Assembly (NCBI GenBank): GCA_016182915.1
Contig: JACPFP010000003.1
Coordinates: 251,685 to 315,684 of the forward strand
Origin: Candidatus Dojkabacteria bacterium
GTDB lineage: Bacteria; Patescibacteriota; Dojkabacteria; SC72
Direction of reading: 5' to 3'
Length of the DNA stretch: 64,000 bases
A program made the translations under genes and the position numbers. The notes under the pieces are model-generated. The model saw nothing but the letters and a program-made list of their open reading frames with translations. It made no database searches and was not told the origin of the DNA. Of this stretch, positions 19,861 through 28,794 are shown piece by piece (positions within the stretch are counted from its first letter, which is position 1; every line of letters starts with the position of its first letter).

Positions 19861-20743
19861 CATACAAGAAGTTTAACAAGACAATAGATATAGTACAGGG
19901 GAAAAGTGATGATTAGACTTCAGTTAAATTGGATCTCCTTCTGAAAAGGAAGAATGAGACAACTGCAACTAAGAGAATAGCAACTAGGGCAAGAACTATT
20001 GTATTAATATTTAGTCCTTTATCCGCATCTTCTTTAATCTTTATAACTATACCCTTTTCTTGACTATCATCACCAATGACAATATCCTGTTTTACAACTT
20101 TGGCACCAAGTACAAACTCAAGAGTATACGTCCCAGGATCTAAATTCTCCACATAGATATATCCGTTGCTATCTGTAGTATATACAACATTATTTATTTT
20201 AACTTGAGAGTTTTTCAATGGTTTCCCATTGGGAGTTATAATTTGCAATCTAGTTAAGTCCACTGTATTACCGTTATCGCCATTATCACTTACTTCTTTA
20301 TCTTCACCGGTAGTAGTATCTTCGTCCTCCGAAGGATTCTCTTTCCCTCCTTCGTCATCACTTGTATCTCCACCAGTACCGTCTTGATTCTCTACCTCAT
20401 CTCCAAAAAAGTTCTCTGGAAAGAACTCTTCTCCAATTATTAATGTTAATGTTCGTTCATCAGATTTATTATCTGAACTGTCCATAGAGTAGTATGTAAG
20501 GATGTTTTCACCTAATGCCAATGCGGGGGAATCAAGCGTGATTACGAAGTCGCCATTTGAATCTGCATAAACTACATAACTAGAACTACCTTCATTGAAT
20601 ACTATCTTGGACCCCGCCTCCGCTTTACCAGTTATCCTTGGGTTGGTAGAGGTAAAATAGTATAGAAGAGTATCTTGGACTGGTATATCGGTAATTATAC
20701 CTATACTTGTGATAACAACTTTTACTGGTTTAGTTGTATCAAG
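19861..20743. repeat. Diverged direct repeat, copy 2
   Basis: catacaagaagtttaacaagacaatagatatagtacag versus cattgcaagaagtttaacaagacagcagatatagcacaa at 15428, continuing into the shared coding 3' module. Confidence 0.9.
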
Positions 20744-23700
20744 ATTACTTTGTGGGGATAGAATTTTAAAGGCCGATAGCCCGGAATTCGCAGTAACGTA
20801 TTCGGATATACCCCCCTTAATATCTTCCGCTTTTACACGCCAGTAGTACGTTCCTCCAGATAAAATTTGCCCTTGAGTTCCCTGTGTATACGACCCTGAC
20901 CCAGCAGGTTGCCCCACTTGGAAGCTTTTACTTCCTGCTGTACCAAATTCTGAAACGTACTCTATAATTGGGGAACTAAAGTCAGCATCCGTATCTATCT
21001 GGACAGTATATTTTATAGTGTCACCAAAGTCTGAGTCAGCAATATCAAATGTTAATGTTGGGGTAGAAGTAGTAATAAAATCTCCGCTTACATAGTCAAT
21101 CGGGCCGAGTGTCGATACCGAAGGGAGATTACATGTTTCTGCAACCATCCCTTTTATATCGTTAGTTCCAAGTACGTATCCTGTAACAACATTATTTCCG
21201 TCAATTGGAAGTCGATGAAGAACAGTGAAGTATGAAACAAGGAATTTTGATTCAGGAATAGAATACATCATGGAGGTAGCCTCTCCGTAGTCTAGACCAT
21301 ATATGTAACTAATCGGAATATTTGTTACGCTAAGTGTGTTTGGGTTAATGGATTCAAAGACTGGTGATGAGTTTCCTGACAGATGGTATAACAAACCGTC
21401 TACAGGATTGTAGCCAATGGTTTCACCGCTGTCTCCTCCTCCAAGCGTAAGCTTAGATGTAGTCGAGCCATTCAATGTACTAATTGTATATAATGTAGAG
21501 GGTTGGTTGGATTCACCCTTTCCTGTTATTCCCCATAGGACTCCATCTCTTGTAAAGGCAATTCCGGCAAACTTCTTCCCGGTATTACCAACGGATGTAG
21601 CAATGCCTGTTGTAGGGTTAATTTTAACTAACTGTCTTCCCGATTGTCCCTGAAGTTGAATTACCGAATACATCTCACACGTTAAAGGGTTGTAAGCAAG
21701 GCCATTACTACCATTAACGGTATAACCAGCTAAGGTTATTGACTGAGAGCTCAATTCCTCTGCCGTAATGGCATTCAAAAGACTAAGCTGGTCAGACCAA
21801 GGGTTAACAGTATAAACATTGTAATCAAAGCCAAGATTAAGAGTTGTATCAAAGATCCAATTAATGTTATTCCCAGAGTCTATACTCCCCGTACCGCTAA
21901 GATTAATAGTTGTAGCACTATCGTTTCTGCCTCCTTTAATATCAAGATATGAAAGAGCCCTTGATCCACTTGAATTTATTCTCCAATAACAAGCATTACA
22001 AGTACCACGTAACTTAAGAAGGTTACCGGGTGTCCCAGTGAGTTCCAAGGTCCCCGAAATATCAGGAACTGTTCCTGTATTTGAAAAGGTAAGAGTATCT
22101 TCACTTGTAGTAGCCTTCTTAAAATTAAAGAAGTCTAAAGTACCCGAGCTGTGATAAAGGGATAGCGCCTGATTGGAACCGTTTAGGACTATATTTCCGC
22201 TATTATGATTAAAAGTAGCAGGAGAAGAAAGAAATATGGTTACATTTCCAGCAAGATTTAAATCCCCACCCGGAGCTGTAAAAGTTACATAAAGGGTGAA
22301 ATTTCCCGTAACAGTCATATCTCCGGAAGCCGGCGCAGTGAAACTACTACTGGTCCCAATAAGGTTGAATAGTCCCGAAACTGTCATATTTCCACTCGCT
22401 GGTGCAGTAAATGAGTTATTTGTGTTAGACATCGTAAATGAGCCTCCTACAGACATGTCCCCAGCGCTCGGAGCAATGAAGGTACAGTTTGCGTTAGACA
22501 TTGTAAATGTGGAAGCTAAAGTAACAAAACTATAACTACTTAAATCAACTGTTGTACCTGTACCTATTGACATTGAACTTCCAGTGAACGAAGAGAACCC
22601 AGAGAGGGAAAAGCTTGAGTTGAGAGTAAGAGTTCCACTGGATATAGTTAGAGTTCCCGTCCCCGTAAGTGTTCCATACAAATTTATACCGTTAGGAATA
22701 GTTGGGTTATTACCAAGGGATAAGTTACAGAAACTATTTATAGTCTTTACTCCGGTTTGTCCTGCGAAGCTGGCATTATTAAAAGTATAACCTCCACATG
22801 TTAGAGAGGCTACACCTCCGCTAAAAACAACAGCAGTGCTATTATTATTAAATATGGTCGAAGGATCAAGGGTTACATTTCCTGATAAATATAGATTCCC
22901 CCCTGGAGAATTAAAAGTTGTACCCGAACTAGAGAGAGTAAAGGAACTCGTAACTGTCATATCGCCTACAACTGGTCCGACAAACGTACTCGTTGAGTTA
23001 GTCATTGAAAAGCTTCCAACCGTTATGCTTCCACTATTTGGTGCGGTAAAGGAGGTGTTTGGGGCCGACATAGAAAAATTTGCAATAGTCATACTCCCAC
23101 TACTTGGACCTATAAAAGAACTACCTGAACTAGACATAGAAAAGGTTGAACTCAAGGAAACAGAGCTAAAACTACTCCAGTCAATGCTTGATACTAAGCC
23201 AATTGATATAGTATTCCCGGCAAAAGAAGTGAATCCTGTAACGTCGGAACTATCAGTAAGCGTTAAAGTACTTGTCGACATCGTAAGAGTCCCTGTTCCA
23301 GAGAGGGTACCATTTAAGGTTATACTGTTAGGAATTGTTGGATTATTACCGAGAGGGAAATTACATGAGCTGTTTATAGTCTTTGTACCAGTTTGTCCTG
23401 CAAAACTAACGATATTAAATGTACTCAGATTCCCACACGAGAGAGTTGCGGTGGAGCCACTAAAAACGACTGTACCATTATTGTGGTTAAATGTCCCAGA
23501 TACTGTAAAAGCTTTTGGAACAGTCAGATTTCCACCTGGAGCTGTAAATGTTGCTGTGCTACTAGATATTAGAAAAGTTCCGCCGGTATACAGGTCTCCA
23601 GTACCTGGCCCAGAAAACGAGCTATTACTACCACCCATAGTAAAAGAGTTAAATATTGAACTCAATGTTACAGAGTTCAAACTACTCCAATCTACAGTTG

Positions 23701-24481
23701 CTCCTGCACCAATATCCAGCTGATATCCTGAAAAATCCGTAAATCCCGAGATAGAACCGCCAGTCATGGACAACGTCCCAGCTGTCATTGTAAGGGTTCC
23801 CGTACCACTAAGAGTTCCTGCTAAAGAAATACTATTGGGAATGATCGGATTGTTCCCGAGAGGGAAATTACATGTACTTTGTATCGTTTTTGTGCCGGTT
23901 TGTCCCGTAAAGCTTACATTGTTAAAAACTTGATTCCCACATGAGAGTGTTGCTGAGGCTCCACTAAAAATGACAGTACCATTGTTATGATTAAAAGTTC
24001 CCCCTGAAATTGTAACAGCAGAACTAATTGTTGTTGTTCCGCTGGTAGCTGTAAATGTTCCTGAACTCAAAGTGAATGAAGTAATCGATAAAGTTTGATT
24101 ATTCGCATCAAAAGTGCCGGAATTTTGTGTTAAGCCATTAGATGTAAACGAAAATGTTTTATTTAAAGTTACAACTCCTGTATATCCTGAGTTAATCTGT
24201 AACCACGACACTGATGATGCAGAGAAATCTATATCGATAACCGAGTCTTTACTTGAGGTAGCATCAAGGATCACTGTATCAATAGATACAGGGCATATGT
24301 CTGAGCTCCAGTTCACACAGTCACTCCAGTTGTTTGTGGTTCCTCCTCCATCCCACGTTCTCGTCGACGCATAAACATTTGTTTCATAAAATCTAATAGG
24401 GATAAGCACGAAAAATAGGGTTGCAATGAGCATTACAAATAATTGGAGTTTACCAAATTCAGTCTTTCTTTTCACAAACAT
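19913..24481 (-). CDS. Giant surface protein: Ser/Thr/Gly-rich beta-solenoid repeats, beta-propeller, FN3/Ig domains and C-terminal TM
   Basis: Signal peptide (VYA-S); RTWDGGG..NNWS...NWS start; FNHNNGTV.F and FTAP.SG.MTV repeats; YYWRVKA FN3; anchor module shared with the neighbouring gene. Confidence 0.85.
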   Translation of the reverse strand: MFVKRKTEFGKLQLFVMLIATLFFVLIPIRFYETNVYASTRTWDGGGTTNNWSDCVNWSSDICPVSIDTVILDATSSKDSVIDIDFSASSVSWLQINSGYTGVVTLNKTFSFTSNGLTQNSGTFDANNQTLSITSFTLSSGTFTATSGTTTISSAVTISGGTFNHNNGTVIFSGASATLSCGNQVFNNVSFTGQTGTKTIQSTCNFPLGNNPIIPNSISLAGTLSGTGTLTMTAGTLSMTGGSISGFTDFSGYQLDIGAGATVDWSSLNSVTLSSIFNSFTMGGSNSSFSGPGTGDLYTGGTFLISSSTATFTAPGGNLTVPKAFTVSGTFNHNNGTVVFSGSTATLSCGNLSTFNIVSFAGQTGTKTINSSCNFPLGNNPTIPNSITLNGTLSGTGTLTMSTSTLTLTDSSDVTGFTSFAGNTISIGLVSSIDWSSFSSVSLSSTFSMSSSGSSFIGPSSGSMTIANFSMSAPNTSFTAPNSGSITVGSFSMTNSTSTFVGPVVGDMTVTSSFTLSSSGTTFNSPGGNLYLSGNVTLDPSTIFNNNSTAVVFSGGVASLTCGGYTFNNASFAGQTGVKTINSFCNLSLGNNPTIPNGINLYGTLTGTGTLTISSGTLTLNSSFSLSGFSSFTGSSMSIGTGTTVDLSSYSFVTLASTFTMSNANCTFIAPSAGDMSVGGSFTMSNTNNSFTAPASGNMTVSGLFNLIGTSSSFTAPASGDMTVTGNFTLYVTFTAPGGDLNLAGNVTIFLSSPATFNHNSGNIVLNGSNQALSLYHSSGTLDFFNFKKATTSEDTLTFSNTGTVPDISGTLELTGTPGNLLKLRGTCNACYWRINSSGSRALSYLDIKGGRNDSATTINLSGTGSIDSGNNINWIFDTTLNLGFDYNVYTVNPWSDQLSLLNAITAEELSSQSITLAGYTVNGSNGLAYNPLTCEMYSVIQLQGQSGRQLVKINPTTGIATSVGNTGKKFAGIAFTRDGVLWGITGKGESNQPSTLYTISTLNGSTTSKLTLGGGDSGETIGYNPVDGLLYHLSGNSSPVFESINPNTLSVTNIPISYIYGLDYGEATSMMYSIPESKFLVSYFTVLHRLPIDGNNVVTGYVLGTNDIKGMVAETCNLPSVSTLGPIDYVSGDFITTSTPTLTFDIADSDFGDTIKYTVQIDTDADFSSPIIEYVSEFGTAGSKSFQVGQPAGSGSYTQGTQGQILSGGTYYWRVKAEDIKGGISEYVTANSGLSAFKILSPQSNLDTTKPVKVVITSIGIITDIPVQDTLLYYFTSTNPRITGKAEAGSKIVFNEGSSSYVVYADSNGDFVITLDSPALALGENILTYYSMDSSDNKSDERTLTLIIGEEFFPENFFGDEVENQDGTGGDTSDDEGGKENPSEDEDTTTGEDKEVSDNGDNGNTVDLTRLQIITPNGKPLKNSQVKINNVVYTTDSNGYIYVENLDPGTYTLEFVLGAKVVKQDIVIGDDSQEKGIVIKIKEDADKGLNINTIVLALVAILLVAVVSFFLFRRRSNLTEV

Positions 24482-24572
24482 TCGCCAATTAATTGATATA
24501 TGCGTTTAAGAATAACAGTCCGAGAATTTGGAGTCAAACCTCACTCGCTAGGGTACAAGTATTGGAATTATT

Positions 24573-25082
24573 CTAAAGTTCTGGTAAACCATCTGGCCCT
24601 AGATCCTCAAGATCTTTTGTTACATCTTCCTCCTCTTCATCTAGTGCGCTTAAGGCCTTCTGAAAATCTACATCTGGTTCTAAGCTACTTGGAGCACCCT
24701 CATCAGGAAAAATATCTGTAAGTCCTGGAGTATCTTCAAATGTATCTTCGGGAATCCCTCTTATAGGTATATCTAAACCGTCAAGATCATCATCTCCAAT
24801 TCCACTATCTTCATCGTCATCATCTTTCTTCTTTGGAGTAACTGAGTCTGAGCTCCATACGCCTTCTCTTTTAAGATGCGCAAGGTAGCTTTCTGCATCT
24901 TCACCGAATTTTTCAATAACCTGTACAACCTTCATTGTCGAATTACACTCTTTACAGAGTTTTAATTCTTCCAATTCTTCACCGCAGTTTGAGCAACCGA
25001 ATACAACTATATGTATACTTTTTACGGGTTGTACAACCTTTTTATCGGTTGTCTTTGTATTTGAGGCAGTCATTTGAAACAC
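24573..25082 (-). CDS. Zn-ribbon protein with a long acidic tail
   Basis: CSNC...CKEC followed by a D/E-rich low-complexity C-terminus; alternative start ATG 25073. Confidence 0.75.
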   Translation of the reverse strand: MFQMTASNTKTTDKKVVQPVKSIHIVVFGCSNCGEELEELKLCKECNSTMKVVQVIEKFGEDAESYLAHLKREGVWSSDSVTPKKKDDDDEDSGIGDDDLDGLDIPIRGIPEDTFEDTPGLTDIFPDEGAPSSLEPDVDFQKALSALDEEEEDVTKDLEDLGPDGLPEL

Positions 25083-25231
25083 AAAGAACTTAATTATTTA
25101 TTACATTTCAGGATATTATGGACACTATACGGTTGTCAATTGACCTATAGATAAACATTTATGCAAAACGCCTTTAAAAAAGGATATTCCTATCTCTACC
25201 CATTAGGAATAATCACATTCTTTAATTAGCA

Positions 25232-28195
25232 TTATCTCCCAGACATGAGCTTTCTATGCTCAGGGGTATTTAGAAGGCCACACTTCTTATATTTCTTACC
25301 GCTTCCACAAGGGCAAGGATCGTTCCTACCAGCCTTTACACTATTTGTAACTGTTACTTGTACCTTTCCTGCATCTGAGGCCTTCTGTGCCATCTCAAAC
25401 GGTTTCTTTACATCTTCCTTTACCTCTTCCCCCTCTACCTTCTGTTCACTTACAACCCTAACCTTGAAGTATCTAGTTACTAGGCTTTCATCTATACTTA
25501 ACATTAGGGTATCAAAGAGCCCAAACCCCTCATTCTTATACTCAACTAGTGGATCTCTTTGAGCAAGGTTCCTCAGGCTGATTCCTTCTCTTAAATCTTG
25601 CATATTATCAAGATGGTCCATCCAGAGATTATCGATTGTTTGTAAAGTTAGAAGTTTAGTAATATCAACAATTGCTTTATGCCCAAGGGAATTAACATGG
25701 AAGACAAATCCTGTGACGACAAGGTGAAGTAGCATATCCAACTTCTTAGTTCCTTCCGATCCCTCATAGAACTTCTTTATGAAGTCATCACTATCCTTAT
25801 ATCCAAGAAGCTTAACAGAGATATTAAATAGCTCTTCGGTCATAAAGGATTGAACATGGGAGATAGATTTCTTCTCCTCACTACTATCCACCTTCATATC
25901 ATCACTGAGCTGATCAAATATAACCTCTCTTGTATGGTCAATTACTTTTTTGAGGAGCCAGAATATAATTGGGTGATCTATCTTTACTACCTTTTTCACA
26001 TATCCTAAGTTCCACTGTTCAGGATTACTTAACATAAAGGAGCTAAGTTCGTCTTGGAGTTTAGAGATATCAATATCCCTGATATCACTCTCCTTTATTT
26101 TGATATCCCTATCTACAATCTTGATACTCTCAGATGACTGAAGAATCTTTCTCCTTATGTCATATATAATATCTCTCTGTTTGTTTAGGACATCATCATA
26201 GTCAACAAGGTTCTTTCGAATATCGTAGTTATATGCTTCAACTCTCTTCTGTGCAGACTCAATACTCTTTCCAAGGATCCCCAATGAGACAGGTGTGTCA
26301 TCACCTAGCCCCATTCCTGTCATAAGGGCGTTCATCTTTTCTCCACCGAAAAGCCTCATCAGTTCATCTTCAAAAGAAACATAGAATCTAGACATACCAG
26401 GATCTCCCTGTCTTCCAGATCTTCCTCTAAGCTGATTATCGATTCTTCTGGACTCATGTCTTTCAGAGCCAATTATGTACAGTCCACCAAGCTCACGAAC
26501 TCCCTCACCAAGAGAGATATCAGTTCCTCTACCTGCCATGTTTGTAGCGATAGTTACCTGACCTTTAAGTCCGGCCTCAGAAACAACTCTTGCTTCCTGT
26601 TCATGTTGCTTTGCGTTTAATACGTTATGTTTAATACCTTCTTTTGAAAGCATCTCGGAGATAATCTCGGATCTTTCGACAGAAGTTGTACCTACTAGAA
26701 TTGGCTGTCCAACCTTATTGTGTTCCTTAATATCTTCAACAATTGCTTTGAATTTAGCATCTTGAGATCTAAACACAATATCGGAAAGATCCTCTCTAAC
26801 CATAGGCCTGTTGGTTGGGATAACGACAACATCAAGACTGTAGATTTTGGAGAATTCCTCCGCCTCTGTAAGGGCGGTACCGGTCATTCCAGCCATATAT
26901 TTATAGAGACGGAAATAGTTTTGAAGAGTGATGGTAGCGAGGGTTCTTGATTCTCTCTTAACTTCAACTCCCTCTTTAGCTTCAATGGCTTGGTGTAATC
27001 CCTCACTGTATCTCCTGCCTGCAAGCACACGACCTGTAAACTCATCTACGATGAGAACTTCACCATCTCGAACAATATACTCCTCATCAAGCTTATACAA
27101 TTCTTTAGCCTTAAGGGCATTCTCAAGATGGTATGCAAGCTGAGCATCCTCATATACATTCTCTACCTCTAAAGCTTTCTCGACCCTATCCATACCACCA
27201 TCTGTTAGGGAAACGGCATTTGACTTCTCATCAACAGTATAATCTTCCTCTCTCTTAAGAGCCCTTACAACCTTGGCAAACTGCTTATACATATCATTTG
27301 AGGCTTGAGCACTTGTAGAGATAATGAGAGGGGTCCTAGCTTCGTCAATCAGGATTGAGTCTGCCTCGTCAACGATTGCAAAATACAGTGGGCTTTGAAC
27401 AATATCTCCAGTGTTCTGAGCCATGTTGTCCCTTAGGTAATCGAAACCGAATTCGTTATTAGTTCCATATACCACATCACATGCATACGCTTCTGTTTTA
27501 CTACACTCAATTAGGTTAACCCCTGTCATATGATCATATTTTAAACGACCCGCTTCTTTAGCCTTCCTCTCTCTTTCCTTAATGAGTTTCTTGGCTTCAT
27601 CACCCTTCAGTTTTATAGCTTCTGTATCAGAGATATATCTAAACTGTTGACTATTGTTTATGACACCTACGGTAATTCCAAGAGAGTTTAGAATCTGTCC
27701 GTTCCACTCTGCATCTCTTCGTGCAAGGTAGTCGTTAACTGTAACAAGATGAGCTCCTCGACCAGTCAAACCGTATAGGTATAGGGGCATATTTGCAGCA
27801 AGTGTCTTTCCTTCTCCCGTAAACAGCTCGACAACCTTATTTTGATAGAGGAAGTATCCTGCCAACATCTGCACATCGAAGTGCCTATGGTTGGAAACTC
27901 TTTTTGAGGCTTCACGAACTGTTGCGAATGCCTCAGGAAGAATACTATCGAGCATACTCCTCTCCTCTGCTAATCTCTTCTTAAGCTGGGTGTCGGAGAG
28001 CGTTAGGAAATCGGTTCTTCGTTTCTCCTCACTATATTTAATTCTCTTTCTAAATTCGAGAGTTTTTTCCTTCAACTGCTCATCACTTAACTTTGACATC
28101 TTATCCTCGAAAGTGTTAATACTATCTATAATTGGTTGAGATTTCTTCAACTGTTTCTCATTAGAATCGAATAGTCCTGCGAGTAGTTTAAACAT
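25232..28195 (-). CDS. secA: Preprotein translocase subunit SecA
   Basis: TGEGKT, VTVNDYLARRD, DEADSILIDEARTPLIIS, ATNMAGRGTDI, RRIDNQLRGRSGRQGDPG and SEC-C GRNDPCPCGSGKKYKKC. The likely start is ATG 28195. Confidence 0.98.
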   Translation of the reverse strand: MFKLLAGLFDSNEKQLKKSQPIIDSINTFEDKMSKLSDEQLKEKTLEFRKRIKYSEEKRRTDFLTLSDTQLKKRLAEERSMLDSILPEAFATVREASKRVSNHRHFDVQMLAGYFLYQNKVVELFTGEGKTLAANMPLYLYGLTGRGAHLVTVNDYLARRDAEWNGQILNSLGITVGVINNSQQFRYISDTEAIKLKGDEAKKLIKERERKAKEAGRLKYDHMTGVNLIECSKTEAYACDVVYGTNNEFGFDYLRDNMAQNTGDIVQSPLYFAIVDEADSILIDEARTPLIISTSAQASNDMYKQFAKVVRALKREEDYTVDEKSNAVSLTDGGMDRVEKALEVENVYEDAQLAYHLENALKAKELYKLDEEYIVRDGEVLIVDEFTGRVLAGRRYSEGLHQAIEAKEGVEVKRESRTLATITLQNYFRLYKYMAGMTGTALTEAEEFSKIYSLDVVVIPTNRPMVREDLSDIVFRSQDAKFKAIVEDIKEHNKVGQPILVGTTSVERSEIISEMLSKEGIKHNVLNAKQHEQEARVVSEAGLKGQVTIATNMAGRGTDISLGEGVRELGGLYIIGSERHESRRIDNQLRGRSGRQGDPGMSRFYVSFEDELMRLFGGEKMNALMTGMGLGDDTPVSLGILGKSIESAQKRVEAYNYDIRKNLVDYDDVLNKQRDIIYDIRRKILQSSESIKIVDRDIKIKESDIRDIDISKLQDELSSFMLSNPEQWNLGYVKKVVKIDHPIIFWLLKKVIDHTREVIFDQLSDDMKVDSSEEKKSISHVQSFMTEELFNISVKLLGYKDSDDFIKKFYEGSEGTKKLDMLLHLVVTGFVFHVNSLGHKAIVDITKLLTLQTIDNLWMDHLDNMQDLREGISLRNLAQRDPLVEYKNEGFGLFDTLMLSIDESLVTRYFKVRVVSEQKVEGEEVKEDVKKPFEMAQKASDAGKVQVTVTNSVKAGRNDPCPCGSGKKYKKCGLLNTPEHRKLMSGR

Positions 28196-28247
28196 TATAT
28201 TTATATTCAAGATTAGATATCTTTCGGATTATACCACTTGGGAGAAA

Positions 28248-28688
28248 CTAGTCACTAACAATACTAAACTCTTTTGTGAGTTCATTAGCTCCCTCTAATG
28301 TAACAGTTAAAAGATACTTACCTAAAAGCCAACCGGTAGTAAGGTCTTTTTCAAGTTTAAGCTGTATAACTTCATCATTGAAAACATCCTTGTCAGCCTC
28401 CGCTATTACGCTTTTACTTCCACCCTGTATGAATTCCCATTTTACCTTTAGTACTGAGTTTGTAATATCTTTAGGTTGGATAGTTGCATAAATATCCCCG
28501 TTATCCTGCGATATTTTAGTGGTATCCTGTGCACATGCAGAGTTATACGAAACGAATTCACATACTCTTAAATCCTCTATCCTTGGTCCCTCAGACTTTC
28601 CCTCTTCCACCTTGTTTATCCATGTGTATCCTACATATGTTAGGCCGAGAAGAAGAATGATAACGATTGTGGTTAGAAATTTTCCCAT
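28248..28688 (-). CDS. Membrane-anchored hypothetical protein with an Ig-like domain
   Basis: N-terminal TM, a Cys pair, and a W..GKY.LTV beta-sandwich-type ending. Confidence 0.7.
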   Translation of the reverse strand: MGKFLTTIVIILLLGLTYVGYTWINKVEEGKSEGPRIEDLRVCEFVSYNSACAQDTTKISQDNGDIYATIQPKDITNSVLKVKWEFIQGGSKSVIAEADKDVFNDEVIQLKLEKDLTTGWLLGKYLLTVTLEGANELTKEFSIVSD

Positions 28689-28794
28689 GCTGTTTCTCTA
28701 TAAGTTAGTACTTCATTATACACAGGAATTGAGTTCAGATAAATTTCATTTCTGTTTGAGAGAATATATATAACTAAATTATTAGACATACCTT

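Noticed and set aside
15481-20743. Diversity-generating retroelement template/variable repeat pair
   Set aside because: Both copies are coding, the differences are not restricted to adenines, and no reverse transcriptase is in the window.
22836-23723. 295-aa plus-strand ORF and the many other antisense ORFs in the track (e.g. 4316-4813, 16952-17392, 44785-45306, 59325-59843)
   Set aside because: These are shadow frames opposite well-supported genes and have no recognisable motifs.
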